NCBI GenBank assembly: GCA_022605425.2
Contig: JAKIMF020000001.1
Span: forward strand, 2,108,001 to 2,172,000
DNA length: 64,000 nucleotides
Origin: Hamiltosporidium tvaerminnensis FI-OER-3-3
Lineage: Eukaryota > Fungi > Microsporidia
Direction: 5' to 3'
Positions within the stretch are counted from its first letter, which is position 1. The number at the start of each line of letters is the position of its first letter. A model generated the notes under the pieces. It had not been told where the DNA came from, did no database searches, and worked only from the letters and a program-made list of their open reading frames with translations. Both the position numbers and the translations under genes were made by a program. Shown here one piece after another: positions 1-13,019 of this stretch.

Positions 1-619
1 TTGTTTATTAATTATTTAAATTTAAACTGAAAACTGGTCGAATAAAAATATAATTGATATTTATAAATTTAGAATCAAAAGGTAAATCCTATAGTTCCGA
101 ATTACACCAGATTAAAAGAAACCGATGGAAAACTTTCATTTGTGCATCCTCGACACAGATATGTAGAAGAAAAATGGAATATGTAAGTAAGATTTTAAAT
201 CGAGGAATTATATTGAATGCATAATTCATTTTGTATATTTTATGATTTATCTTGTCATTTTATGTTCGTTAGTTTATGTGTTGAAGTTGGCTTTGACTTT
301 GATCTTATATTTTAGGTGTTTACTTCTTTGTTTATTTTATCTCTTTGCATTGTTTTCTGTTATATTGATTGCTAAATCAATAATAATTTATTTAATAATT
401 ATATTTTCTATAGCTTTTTTGTACATTTTATTAATTTTTCTATGACATTATATATAATATAGATATTCATCTAATTATTCGAATATATAATTTCGGTGGC
501 CTTAGAATAAAATTCTTTGCTTCAAAGAGTTTTCTCTTGTTCGTACTTGTGGCTTTCTAAAATGCATGAGCGGAATTTTTATTATTGCCCTCAGTTAAAA
601 CCAACCTATAACCCAAATA

Positions 620-953
620 AAATTTATTTAATAAAATTCTGTGTTAAAATATTTTTTTTACCATTTTAATATATTTTCTTCCATCTATTTTACCACGGTT
701 GTTTCTTCTCCTAAATCCGACTCTTCAGTTATGTTTATGGTCGGTTCCTCTAACGTGGTTCCTCCTTGTGAAATAAGAGGTGTATTATTTTTTGTTTTTA
801 AAATTTTAACACCATCTTCATCTCTCTTCGCTTCTTTTAAAGGGAATGTTGGTTCCTCAAGCATCTCTGCTCTAATAACACCCATTGACGTTCTCTCCCA
901 GCTCTCTTCGGCATTTAGTCCTGACTCAAGTCTTCTTCGTCGGTCAAAGGAAA
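620..953 (-). mobile_element. 5'-truncated copy of R4/Dong-like RLE non-LTR retrotransposon
   Basis: Encodes a homologue of the C-terminal tail of the 40823-42700 ORF (SFDRRRRLESGLNAEESWER...EEPT) and carries the shared 3' end. Flanked by ctataacc(c/t)aaata at 606-619 and 954-967 (14-bp TSD, 1 mismatch). Confidence 0.88.
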
Positions 954-2061
954 CTATAACCTAAATATATATTTAAATTACAATGCCATATTTGGAATTA
1001 AAATAAATTTCCAATATTCCTTTTATATCGAAGGTAATTTTTAGTATTATGATAATTTCGGCTTATATAAATCCCTCATCCACAAATTTTTAGATAAAAT
1101 AATCATACGATTTTTGTTTTTAACTTTGACAAAGCATATTTTTAGATTTTGACTTTAATTTCATAATATTCATTTTCAAAGATCTATGAAGCTAAATTTC
1201 TTCAAATTGTTTCACGAAATTTACCGGTTCAAAGCATAAAACTCAAAAATCAAAAACATATTAGATATATTCATTTTGAAGTATATATTTAAAATAACTC
1301 GGTGAAACTTCCGTAACATAGAAAATATGCCAGCATTTCTGAATGATCTTTATGTTTAAAAGGCTTGTTGTCACTGATATATCAAAGTCCAGATTTGTTT
1401 ACCACCTCATATTTCTCCTTTTAAGCCACTTTGAAAAGTAACTAACTATGAATAATTTTTTATTTCTAATTTTTTATAACTTTGAATGCAATTTAAAGTT
1501 TATTTTTATTCTATAAATAAAGTATTTTTATTAGTAATTTTTTTGAACACTAAGTTTTCCTATATTTGAACAGAGATGCCTTAGATAAATCAATTACAAA
1601 ACAAAAACTTATTTTATCTATAAGAACTAGTTTACGATTGAATAATATTTCCTTAATTTTTTTAAAAAAATATTGGTATAAAAGCATCTATTAATACCAA
1701 AATTTAACACATTTTCCTCTTTCTGACACAGAATTGGTTATAAAAACAAACCTTTCTTATAATTTATCAATAGATGGCCAAAATTCAACGTTGAATATTT
1801 CATAATATAACTCTTATGGAAATATTTAGTTTAAGTCATTGATATATATAAATATCCCAATCCATAGCTATTCTCTCGGGTAATGGATTAGACTTATTTA
1901 ATTATTTATTGCTTTACAGACCTTTTAATTTTTAAAATACATAAAAAAGAGACCGAAGAATCTTTTAATGCCAAATTTACCGAATGTTTGGAACATAAAG
2001 AATAAAAAAATATAATATTTGTTTTGTCTTCAAATATGAAATTTAAAAAACAAGGGTTTTT

Positions 2062-3987
2062 TTATTTAAATTTTAAATATTCCAAAAGCGATTTTAAACT
2101 TATTTTTTCATAAATAATTTCTTTATATTTCAAATTAAGTTCATTAACAACTGAATCAAATTGACAAAGTAATTTTTGAAAGTAAACTTCATTTTTATTG
2201 TAAATTTTACAATTATCATAAATTAATTTCAAATCTTTTAAAAACAATTTATATTTATAATTTTCATCTTCATTTATTTTCTTTTCAATCGTAAAAAAAT
2301 CCATAGGATTTTTAATAATTGTAAAATACTTCGGTGCTATTATTTCTGTTACTGGTTCTTCGAACCAAAAAAAATCCGTAACTTCTCTTAGTTTTAAAAG
2401 AAATTCTTTCATGTAATATTTTTCAGGATTTTTGTACATTTCAAATAAATTCAAATTGTGTTGAGTTAAATCACTTCTTGTGTGGTAATATTCTTTTAAA
2501 TTGTAAAGAAGTTCTTTCAAAATAACTACAGAATCGCAGATTTCCTTTAAAGTTTCCTCTTTCATTTCATAGCCAGCTTTGTGCTGGCATTCATATTTGA
2601 CATTAGAATTCACGAAACCTTCACTTTCATTTTCTTTACAATTCAAATCCTGATTATCTGTAATGGTTTTGTTCTTGATTTCTCCCTCGGATTTTTCTTC
2701 ATCAAGATCCATATCATTTAAATAAAATACACCTTTGCTTTTGTAATAATCTAACGAAAATCGATTATAACAAAAAAGTTTTCTATTTTTAAACCATTCA
2801 TGACCAAAATCACTTCCATATTCAAAATTTAAAAAAGATATCAAAGGCATGCGTCTGATAAAAGATCTTTTTAGCATCCACCACATACCAATCGTTTCTA
2901 CCGTCTTCGTTTCGATCTCTATATTACACAAATCGTTTGAAAGTATTCTGTCGATAAAATGATTACAAAGAATTGGTTTCATTTCTTTTACTTTTATAAT
3001 AAATGATGGCTTTGGAAGTGAAAGCAGAACATGCGGCCGAATATCTGGAATATTCTTTAAATCAGGATAAAGACTTTGTCGGTATTTTCCAAAAGAAAAT
3101 AAACTCAATATTTTTCTTGGATCGTGATTTTTACAGTAGGAAATAAAATTTGCTTGGTCAAAATAATAATTGGCCTCCATTCCACAAGTAACATGATATG
3201 AGATGTCACAGTTCATATGTGTACATCTAATTGTAACACCCCGTCTCTGCTCACATATATTACAAAAAGAATTTTTATATTTTCTCAATTCATCTCCAAT
3301 TTCTTCAATCGGTTCCAAAAAAACTGTGTTAACAAAAGAAAGTGAAGGAATCCAATTAGCACATAAAATGTGTGCCCATCTGTTATCAGCAGTTTGTTTT
3401 AAAGCGCCCCCTATTTTTGTACAATATTTGCACGAAGGTGTTCTCTTTTTAGAAAAAAGACACAATCTACACAGCCATGTACCTTCTGGTATATATGGTA
3501 GCCCATAGCATTCCTGATGTACACATATATCACATCCATCGCAAAAAATTGTATCATTCCCTACTTTAGAATCACTTTTTCCACAAATATTACAAACATG
3601 CGCAGCGTATTCAGTTGGTACATAAACTTTATTTACTAAATTTTGTTGAAAAAAAAACCATTCTTTTTCTAACCGATCCATTATTAATTCAAAAATATCT
3701 AAATTTACATTAAATATATTTTCTTTGATAAAATTTACATCAGATTTATCTGCAGCATAATGAATACAAGAAAAATCAAATGTATTATTTTCTTCCAACT
3801 TTTTTGCCATTTCTTGTTTAGTTTTAATACAAACAGATTTTTTTGAACGATCTGAAACATAATATTTATTTTCCTCGTTTTTTTTACATTTATTTGTCCA
3901 AATTACTTTTAAAGATCTTTTTACATCCAAATCTTTATAAATAGATTTATATTTTTTTTCTTCGCGAGGAATAGTATTATCGGTCAT
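2062..3987 (-). CDS. BRPF1/Nto1-like histone acetyltransferase complex scaffold (PHD-Zn knuckle-PHD + C-terminal bromodomain)
   Basis: CNICG...IFCDGCDICVHQECYGLPYIPEGTWLCRLC (PHD1), GGALKQT..RWAHILCA, second PHD (YHVTCG), bromodomain FEEPV..APKYFTIIKNPMDF...NCKIYN. CCC motif just before the ATG. Confidence 0.9.
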   Translation of the reverse strand: MTDNTIPREEKKYKSIYKDLDVKRSLKVIWTNKCKKNEENKYYVSDRSKKSVCIKTKQEMAKKLEENNTFDFSCIHYAADKSDVNFIKENIFNVNLDIFELIMDRLEKEWFFFQQNLVNKVYVPTEYAAHVCNICGKSDSKVGNDTIFCDGCDICVHQECYGLPYIPEGTWLCRLCLFSKKRTPSCKYCTKIGGALKQTADNRWAHILCANWIPSLSFVNTVFLEPIEEIGDELRKYKNSFCNICEQRRGVTIRCTHMNCDISYHVTCGMEANYYFDQANFISYCKNHDPRKILSLFSFGKYRQSLYPDLKNIPDIRPHVLLSLPKPSFIIKVKEMKPILCNHFIDRILSNDLCNIEIETKTVETIGMWWMLKRSFIRRMPLISFLNFEYGSDFGHEWFKNRKLFCYNRFSLDYYKSKGVFYLNDMDLDEEKSEGEIKNKTITDNQDLNCKENESEGFVNSNVKYECQHKAGYEMKEETLKEICDSVVILKELLYNLKEYYHTRSDLTQHNLNLFEMYKNPEKYYMKEFLLKLREVTDFFWFEEPVTEIIAPKYFTIIKNPMDFFTIEKKINEDENYKYKLFLKDLKLIYDNCKIYNKNEVYFQKLLCQFDSVVNELNLKYKEIIYEKISLKSLLEYLKFK

Positions 3988-5069
3988 TTGGGATTAACCC
4001 CTTCTAAAAATATAAATAGAATGTTATAAAATTTTCATTGACTAATGAAATGAGACTTAAAACAATTTTCAATTGTGGATATGGTAGTTATAAATAATTG
4101 ATTGGTCAAAACGAATCGATAAATATACAATTGAAAACATTTTTTTTTAAATTTTTTTAGCTATAAAATGTATTAAGATAGATCCAAAATATTTAAATAT
4201 AAATGTAAAATAAATTCTAAAAATATTTTTAAAATCAATTTCGTATCTACATGTTAATTATCTATTCTTATAAACACAACATAGCAATCATGAATAGATT
4301 TTTTCAATTTATTTTTATATTTGTGTGTAAATAAAAATCTGTACTCTAAAAGACTACATAGGAAAATTAAAACTTGAATAAGAACACATATTTTAAAATA
4401 TTTTAATAAATAAATGCAACAAGCAATACTGTCTATGGCTTACATTGACTTTATTTAAAATATTACATTGTGATTAATTTCTAAAATTATTTAAAAACTT
4501 CTAATTCAAACAAGATTTTTAGATATTTAATAATTCAACTCTTAAGTTTTTTTAAAAATATAATTTTAATTGTATAAACTCTATTATAAATATATAAATT
4601 GGAGAATAATGACTAAAGAGGTACATATGGCAATATTTAGATTATTTATAAGTACAAATCTACATTTTTTCCGGTTTTTTTAATTAAATATTTAATTTAC
4701 TTAATTTATCTTTAAGATTTGATTTATAATTTGTATCGATTTGTTCAAAAAAAGTAATTTGATAGATTATCTATTTATTTATGATATTTTTATAGATGGT
4801 TTGTTTTAAATCATGGTTTATAGATGAAAATAAACACTTAGGAATTATTTTAGCAGATTAATTTGCTTTTAAAATACAAATTTTTATTTGAAATTATTGT
4901 TTTCAGTGGAAAAAAAATGTATGGTTTTTCAAACATAAAAAACACAAGTAAACAATTCTAAATAAAAAATTTTTAAAATTAATTTATCAAAAATTGTGAA
5001 ACAATGCAATAAATTTTCTTAATTTTTTTTATTAATTTTTAATTTCAACATAAATATAGACTGTAAGAA

Positions 5070-5268
5070 ATTTTATTTAATAAAATTCTGGGTTAACAAA
5101 TTTTTCTTTTTAAATAATTCTTTCCACCATTTCAACCACTTCTATCTCTTCCTCCAACTCCAACTCTTCATTTGTATTAGTTGTTGGTTCCTTTGCTGTG
5201 GTTATGCCATCCAAAATAAGGGGTAAAATATTTTTTGTATTTTCCGTTTTAACATCATCTTCCTCGTT
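5070..5268 (-). mobile_element. 199-bp 5'-truncated retrotransposon copy with 16-bp TSD
   Basis: Identical by eye to 40783-40981. tagactgtaagaaatt occurs at 5057-5072 and 5268-5283. Confidence 0.93.
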
Positions 5269-5778
5269 AGACTGTAAGAAATTATTATTTGAATCTAATT
5301 CGGTTTAAATTTATTTAAATGTTCACAACTAAATATATAAAATGTATTTTACCATTCTTGTGGCTACAGATTGTATGTAAAGAAGAAATTTATCATCTTT
5401 ATTTGAGTGAAATTAATTTTTGAGAAAGAGATAATTTTACAAAACCGTTAAATGGTTTTCATTCAAATATTTATTTAGAAGTTTTTATCGTTCTAAATTG
5501 TTATAAATTTATTTCTAGAATATCATATTTACAAGAATTACTAATTTTTATCAATTTTATTTAAAATTTATTTATACATCATAAATTTTTATCAGACTGT
5601 AACATAATATGTAAGTTAAATAATTTGATTTCTAATTTAAATAAATGAAAGTACAAAAGGCTGGATTGGATATGTCGGTTCAAATGATAAAGGAGTATTT
5701 CAAGCTAAATAATATTATTGGTTCATTTTGAAAAAGTAAAAATTTAACAAATAAATATGATAGTCTAATTGTCTGAAA

Positions 5779-7788
5779 ATGGCTAATGATTCTAACAAAG
5801 AAAAAGAGCCGAGTAACAAAGAAAAAAATGAGAAATCTAAGGATGAAAAGAAATCGAACGACACTAAAGATAAAGATGGAGATGTAAAAAATCAAGACAA
5901 AGAAGATAAAAACGAGGAGGTCAAAGAGGAAGATGTTATTCAAGATTCTATGGAAGAAGATTCCAAAGAAGGAAATGTTGAAAACCCAGAAGCTGTAAAA
6001 GAAGAGGAAAACTTAGATGATGTAACTTCTACAAAGGCAGATAACGTTATAGAAGATATAATGGCACAAGAAGAACACAATGAAATGGAGAAACAAGAGG
6101 AACTACATAAAAAGTTTAAGAAAAGGGAAATTTTAAAACAAAAAACATATTCTATAGGAAATATTGATGAATATTTTCATGAAAAATATTCTAATATAAA
6201 CATTATTTTTAGATACGCAATAGAAATGGCAATAGTCTTGATACTTTTCATGTCATGGTCTATTCTTTTATCACTGATATGTCGTGATCCAAACACGTAT
6301 CCAATATTCAAAACTTTAACTTCGGACAAAAAAATCAACGAAACTGCTGAATTCATACGAGAAAGTTTTTTTGTTTCACTGGTTTATATAATATTCGTAT
6401 CAGTTACATTATTTATAGATAATTTGCTATATATAGTGGTTTATTTCTTAACCATATTTGGTGTGGAAGTGGTTGGAATTGTAGCTGAGTTATTACATAT
6501 TCTAAGAAGATCGAGACATCATTTGAAAAATTCTATTGTAGCTTACCTTGTATTTGTTATGGCAAACTTTGTTTTAGCAAATTATAAATTTTTTGCGCAA
6601 AAAAAGGATTTTACTTATATTTTTTTAACAGGGATATTTTGGTTTGGATGCTTATCTGCAATATTGTTTGCTGAATCTTTTTTGATGAACATTCTTACAT
6701 CAGAATTACGTAATAAAAGTTTTAAAGGCAGAATTTGGGATGCCAATTATAAAACCTTTATATTTAAAAAACTAGCAGCGATAGCAGAAGCTACACCATA
6801 TGGAAAACACAACGTAAATGTTATTATATCAAAAATGAACGTGGATTATGATACAGGGTTCTATTTGAAACACAATGAATTAGATCTAAGCGAGCCGGGC
6901 GCGGTTGTAGAATCCATATTAGGATATTTGGAAGTAGATCAACTAGAAAGTGAGGATATAAAAAGATTTTTTCCGAACAATTCAGATGAGGTTATAAATT
7001 ATTTGTACGGTTCAGTACCCGAAAGCGAATGTGTATCAATATCGTACGAAGTATTAAAAAAGAGAGCAGAAGATCTTTATCAAGAAAGAACCGACATCAT
7101 GAGATCTTTATATGATCGTGATAATATTCTAAGAAAGCTTAATCTAATTCTAACGACCCTTGGATTTTCTCTTTCCATAATAATTTTTATGATTTTGTTA
7201 AATTTGAATTATAAAGTATATTTGGCTTCCATAGGTCCATTTATATTTGGGTTCGGATGGATTTTTCAGGATTCTATCAAGGAAATTTATAGATGCTTTG
7301 TATTTCTTTTAATTAATCATCCATTTGATTGTGGTGATAGAATAATTTTAGATAACGAAGAGTTAACGGTTTTGAGAATAGATTTATTATATAGCACGTT
7401 CGTAAATATTAATGGTAGAGTTACTTACATACCTAATGGTGCTATGTTTTTGAAAAAAATCGATAATGTTCGTAGAAGTGATTTACAAGCCGAAGATATT
7501 ATAATAAGAGTAGATATATCAACAAAATACTCACAAATAATTGAATTGAAAACACAAGTAGCAGAATATCTTAATAAAAATGCAAAGGATTTTACAGGAA
7601 AGATTTTTTTAAAAAATTGTGAACCCGAGGAAACTAATTTAAAAATAATTTTAAGTATAGAACATAATTCTAATTTTCAAGATCCATTTCCAAAATATGT
7701 ACGAAGAGAAGGTTTCATTGAGAATCTTGAAAAATGTCTTCAAAATTGCAATATAAAATATGCAAATTGTTTTGAAGCAAAAGATTAA
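5779..7788 (+). CDS. MscS-family mechanosensitive ion channel (fungal Msy1/2-like)
   Basis: Acidic N-terminus, several TM helices, MscS core signature FLLINHPFDCGDRI...IPN..L.K.I.NVRRS and C-terminal EHNSNFQD. Confidence 0.87.
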   Translation: MANDSNKEKEPSNKEKNEKSKDEKKSNDTKDKDGDVKNQDKEDKNEEVKEEDVIQDSMEEDSKEGNVENPEAVKEEENLDDVTSTKADNVIEDIMAQEEHNEMEKQEELHKKFKKREILKQKTYSIGNIDEYFHEKYSNINIIFRYAIEMAIVLILFMSWSILLSLICRDPNTYPIFKTLTSDKKINETAEFIRESFFVSLVYIIFVSVTLFIDNLLYIVVYFLTIFGVEVVGIVAELLHILRRSRHHLKNSIVAYLVFVMANFVLANYKFFAQKKDFTYIFLTGIFWFGCLSAILFAESFLMNILTSELRNKSFKGRIWDANYKTFIFKKLAAIAEATPYGKHNVNVIISKMNVDYDTGFYLKHNELDLSEPGAVVESILGYLEVDQLESEDIKRFFPNNSDEVINYLYGSVPESECVSISYEVLKKRAEDLYQERTDIMRSLYDRDNILRKLNLILTTLGFSLSIIIFMILLNLNYKVYLASIGPFIFGFGWIFQDSIKEIYRCFVFLLINHPFDCGDRIILDNEELTVLRIDLLYSTFVNINGRVTYIPNGAMFLKKIDNVRRSDLQAEDIIIRVDISTKYSQIIELKTQVAEYLNKNAKDFTGKIFLKNCEPEETNLKIILSIEHNSNFQDPFPKYVRREGFIENLEKCLQNCNIKYANCFEAKD

Positions 7789-7956
7789 CTAAGAATATCT
7801 ATTAAAAGATTTATTCTTTTAAATTTTTTTTAATAAATTTTCGGTTAGCTCTGATAATTTTTTAGACTTAAGATTAAATAATTAAAAACTTTCTATATCT
7901 TGACTTATTATAAAAACTGTTTGACGTTTTATAAAAATAATAATTTTTACCTGCAA

Positions 7957-8218
7957 GGTGTTATTATGAGATCAGAGATGCATGAGGAACCAACACCCCC
8001 TTTAAGAGAAGAGAAGAGAGAGGAAGATGGTGCAAAAAATTTTAAACCAAAAAATAAAGCACTCTTTATTTCACAAGGAGGAACCACTTTAGAGGAACCG
8101 ACTAATAACATAAATGAAGAGTCGTATTTGGAAGAAGAGACAAAAGTGGTTGAAGAGGTAGAAGAAAACATATAAAAATGGTAAAAATATTTTAACCCAG
8201 AATGTTATTAAATAAAAA
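7957..8218 (+). mobile_element. 5'-truncated retrotransposon copy with 11-bp TSD
   Basis: GVIMRSEMHEEPTPPL...GGTTLEEPT tail, 3' end aacccagaatgttattaaataaaaa. tttacctgcaa at 7946-7956 and 8219-8229. Confidence 0.9.
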
Positions 8219-8679
8219 TTTACCTGCAATATAATTCATATATGTTTGTAAAAATAGTAAATATTTTGTATAAAGTGAAATCAAAATTTACCTTTAAGAA
8301 AAACGAATATTTACAATTTTTACACTTTTATGTATGATCAAATATTTTTGAATTTCTTATAAATATCAAGTTTTTTTGCTCTTCTTTTTGCGGAAAAGTG
8401 ATATTTTAACTTTAAAGTTTAATCTTTAAGATTATAATATGAAAATTTATACCGAAATAAACTTTCACTTAATGCAATGTTTGATGTTGGTTTAATTAAA
8501 AACTATAAAAAATTTGAAAAATTGTTTCCTATGAGACAAAATCTTTTGATATATTATTTGGTACACAAATAAATCAAATGATAATTTATTAAATATGTAT
8601 TTTGATATTAATTGTTTAATGCCTCCAGGGGCTTACAAATTAATCAAATTTTAAAAAGATTGAATAGGATTTTAAATAT

Positions 8680-10120
8680 ATCAAAATAAAATATTTACAA
8701 GAATATCCTTTAATATTTTATTATCTTCTTAAAATAGTACTTTGACTGGAACCTGTTAACTTCCAAAAGTAAATAATCAAGAGCATGCAGCGCTAAAAAT
8801 ATAAAAATAGATATGTGCCAAATGTATAATGAACTTATAAATCTCCCCCCTGAATAATTTAGAAGAAGGTTAGAATGGGAGGGCTTAAAAGCAAACATAA
8901 GCTTTTATAATTCTTAGATCGTCGGGTTAGATCAAAAGAAACATCTATCCATGAGATGTAATCCTAAAAACAAGAACATAATAAAACACACCTTATACTA
9001 TTAAAAGAATTTTTGTAATTTAATTGAGGAATTCACTAGGAATAAATTGAGAAAAGTTTAAAAGTATAAATTTTAGAACAAAATATAAAAACGAAAACTT
9101 CATTTAAAGTTATATAATTCAAAAAATAAGTAGAATTTAAGGGGTAAAGATCACCAAGATGTTTAAAGAAAAGAAATGTAAGATTGCGCGAGGAATAAAT
9201 GTTCTGCTATTTCCAGGATAGAAATGTATATAGAGAGAGTGAACGGTTGGATTAACCAGCAAAAGGTCTTATAAAGAGACAGAAAACGTAGCAACTTCCA
9301 TGTGAGAAAACACTCGGATATTGATATACCAGCTGGGATAATGAAGTGACAAAATGTCTAAAACTACTCTTTTTAAATCGATACACATTTGAGTCAAAAA
9401 ACGAACCTAGGCTCACTAAGTCAAGCAACTCTTGTAAACAAGTATGCGGTGATAAGGTTGCAACTCAAATAAAAACCGAGGACAAGACCTGGAAGAAGTA
9501 ACAGGATATATTTATTTTAGATAAGAGTGAAAATAAATTAGACTCATTGAAGTAGGAATTAACACCCATAAATTTACTTTAAACCATTAAACTGAAAACC
9601 CGATAAAATATGAACCATTATTTAATGAGTTGAGTCATATTTATAAGTTCAGTATAAAGATAATTTCTTATGTGATTACTTGGATCGATATTGTGGCATA
9701 ACACCACAAAACATGCTCTAAAGGACGGCAATATCCATAAATGTAGAGACATAATTCAGACGCAAATCCCCAAGGAAAAATTTAAAACATTTCTTTTGAT
9801 CGACGAAGAGAGTCTGATTTAGAACGAGATTCAGAAGAAAGTTATAATAGAACGTAATTGAGCGTCTTACACATAGCCCGGGCCAAGAGGAATCGATTCT
9901 TCTTTTATGTCAAGGTGTAACGAGGGAAATGTATGTTAACAATTATGTGTGAAAAATAAAAAACTCTTTATTTCAGATCAAAAACCCATACTAGGTATCA
10001 GAAAATATATATTGAGGAAGATTTGGATTTAGAAGAGGAAAGCATAATGGTTAAAGTGGTAGATGAGAATACATAAATGTGTAAAATATTGTTAACCAAG
10101 GAATGATAGAATAAAATATA
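8680..10120 (+). mobile_element. Decayed 3' portion (post-RT, zinc knuckle, RLE, tail) of the R4/Dong-like element
   Basis: Interrupted matches to the element protein, e.g. LEP..., NNKTHL, DIFILDK, LIEVGI, PYVITW and FDRRR. Many stops and indels; boundaries approximate. Confidence 0.75.
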
Positions 10121-10542
10121 TTTGAATTTTATGTTTTCTATTGATTATCATAATCAATTTATTATTTAACTGATATAAAGATTTAGAGAAGAGAACAAAT
10201 CAAAGTAAAAATCGATAATATAAAAAGATTATAGTATCAATTATTTTTAAATCGATTAATTAATATTTAAATTGTAGCATCAGCTTATCAATATGTTAAA
10301 TGTCTAGAATTTATTTAGATTCTTATAAATTAAAGTTCTTAGTCTTTTTGGAAATAAATTTATTTTATGTTTATGAAAAGTTCTTTTCTATAATCAAAAT
10401 TCCAATTAAATTATTTTTTTAATTTGATATCGCTTCTTTATTATTCTAAATTGAATCATATAAATTACCAATGATAATAATTTATTCATTAAAATTCTAT
10501 TTAGAGTAAAAAAAATTATAAAATAAATCCTTTTTTATTAAT

Positions 10543-12890
10543 ATGATTGTATTACGGCGGTTATGTGTCTTAATATTGAATTTAAGCTCAAATGAAGACT
10601 TACATAAATGCATTTTCATACTTAATTTCGGTATATGTAGAAATAAAAATGTAGTATTTTATTGGACAGAAAATTCTCCAGATGAAAGAAATAATTTTAA
10701 TTCGCAATTATCAGAAAATTCAAATGAAAATAATCTCTGCAAACGAAAAGTATATTTTAATAATTCAAATCCAGAAAAGAAGAAGAAAATATTGAGTAGA
10801 GTGATTGTTTCCAATGTTGAAAAATTCCCGTGTAGGTTTAATATATTATATAATGAAACCAGGAAAAATGACGAAGATGTAAACATACAGGTATCAAATT
10901 TTGACTTCTACGATTTCAAGATTTTTCTTGAGTTTTTAAATATTTTTTATTTACCATTAGAAAAACTCTCTATAAAGAATTTCTTTGTTTTACTGAATGT
11001 GTTTGAATATCTCGATATTAAAATTGATAATAATTTTCATAAAATTATGGATATTCTTTTATTGAATGTTTATAGATATTTGAAAACAGAAAAAAAACAT
11101 ATGAAAATGAAGTTTCAAAACTAAAAACACGCATAACAATTTCTAAAAAATTCAAAGATATCATTTTTGAACGACTTTATAGTGCATCTGTTTCGTTTAC
11201 TTCAAAAATATTTCATTTCTTGAGAATGATTTTATGAATTTTTTACTAATAGACCAGAATGTTGAATTTTCAAATAATGATTTGAGTTTATTTTCTTTTT
11301 CTGATTATTCTGCGACTTTAATCAAAGAGATTTCTAAAAATGATGATACAATCCTACATTTTTTTTATTGCTTTTTTGCTTTATTTGATATCAGAAAACT
11401 TGTTTTCTATAGTTCTAGCGTTGAATTTGATAAAATTTATAGTATATTAGAAAGTATTATTAAAAATCTAGACGAGATAATATTTTATAACCAATTAATA
11501 CAAAATAATATGATTATTTGTTTTATGAACAATAAAATGTTTAGGAATATAAAGCATATTCATTTCATAGCTACAAAATTTCAAGGAGAAAGAAAATTTT
11601 TAACAAATATATTTCCAAACTTAGAAATTGTATCTATTATTTTTCTAGTTAATAGGCAATTAGAAATTGAAATTATCAAGAATTCAGACATTAATGCAAT
11701 AATTCAAGTACTGAAATATAAATTTGTGAAAGATTTCGATGATAATATTTATAGATTGATTGGTGCAGGTTGTATACAAAAAAATAATGAAAATTCGGAA
11801 TTCTATATAACAAAAAATACCAGATTAAGCAAATTAGATAATTTAATACTTTTTAAGAATGAAATAATAAAGATATTCGTTTGTTTTAAAAATTCCGTAA
11901 CAAGCGAAATATTAAACTTATTTGATAGTTTCACAAATCTTAAAAATATTGAAATACATTGTAAACCAATAGAAAACTGTGAAAAATTTTTAAGAGAATT
12001 CTATATTTTTAAATATATAAACAAAATTTTATTAAGAAGATATAAAATGGAAAAACACATTGTGCAAGGTATATTAAATTTATCTAATCTAAGGATTTTA
12101 ATAGTTGAACAGTGTGAATTTATACATATTGAAGACAATTAAATTTATAGTATAAATAATGAAATCAAAGATTTTGATTTTATTCATAATTTTCAGGATG
12201 AAAATATAAATATTTTAAGATTTTTAAACACTTTAAAGAAATTAGAATCTCTTATTATAAACAGTACAAATTTATCAAAAATATTATCCAAAAATGAATT
12301 TAAAAATTTTATATCAAATCAAAATTTCAAAACTCTTACATTAAGTTCTGATGAATGTAATTTTTTTGAAATTCCATACAGCCTTTCATGTAGAATTTCA
12401 GAAGATTTTCATTTTAGTGGTAAGTTTTCGTCTGGGACAACAAATGGATTGTTTTCCGGTATGAAAATAACAGACTTGAAGCAATTAAGTATTTCATATT
12501 GTTACATCAATCAAAAAGATTCACGAGTCTTAAAACAATTAAATTCTCTCGTGTATTTAGATATAGACAACTGTAATTTTCAAAATATAACATTAATGAA
12601 TTGTTTTGTGCCGGAAAAGAATACTTTATCCAAGAAATGATATTAATCGGTGTAAAAATATATTTAAACGATATCAATTTTATATCCAAATTAAAATACT
12701 AAATAGATTTAACGTTAAATAATTGTAAATTTTGTGATAGAAGTTTTCTACATCTGAAAGGCAATTGTTTTTTAAATTTGAATTTTTTTTTATATCATAT
12801 TCATATGCTAGTGAGAATGACCAGGGAATAGATTATTTGACAGAAAATTTGATAAATCTATTTTGACAATAACTTGGGACATTTATAATT
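10543..12890 (+). pseudogene. Disrupted LRR-type multigene family member (paralogue of 35105-37408)
   Basis: ORFs 10543-11124, 11234-12142 and 12449-12640 join via frameshifts (~11095, ~11210, ~12590) and an in-frame TAA at 12140-12142. The tail (NELFCAGKEYFIQEMILIGVKIYLNDINFISKLK) resembles SQLFDSNKIYFLEELQIQEIEFSDIDIFFISKLR of the intact paralogue. Confidence 0.72.
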
Positions 12891-13019
12891 GATACTAATA
12901 CTATTATATTCAGAATTTAAAATAAATTAAAATTTAAACTTTTTATTAATATTTATAGTCCAAATTCTTGATGCGAAAAAAATACACTTAAAAAATGTGG
13001 CATCTGTTAGATTGGTTTC

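Noticed and set aside
70-190. Possible exon or gene end at the window start (GTAAGT at ~183)
   Set aside because: No recognisable product or convincing branch point/acceptor pairing; cannot be supported.
242-445. Hydrophobic short ORFs and antisense ORFs in the track (e.g. 242-445, 3203-3508, 5680-5943, 56114-56452)
   Set aside because: Products of T-rich composition or shadows of real genes on the opposite strand.
685-885. Small ORFs at 685-885, 7900-8175, 23462-23707 and 58881-59105 as a novel gene family
   Set aside because: They are 3' ends of the retrotransposon, most with TSDs.
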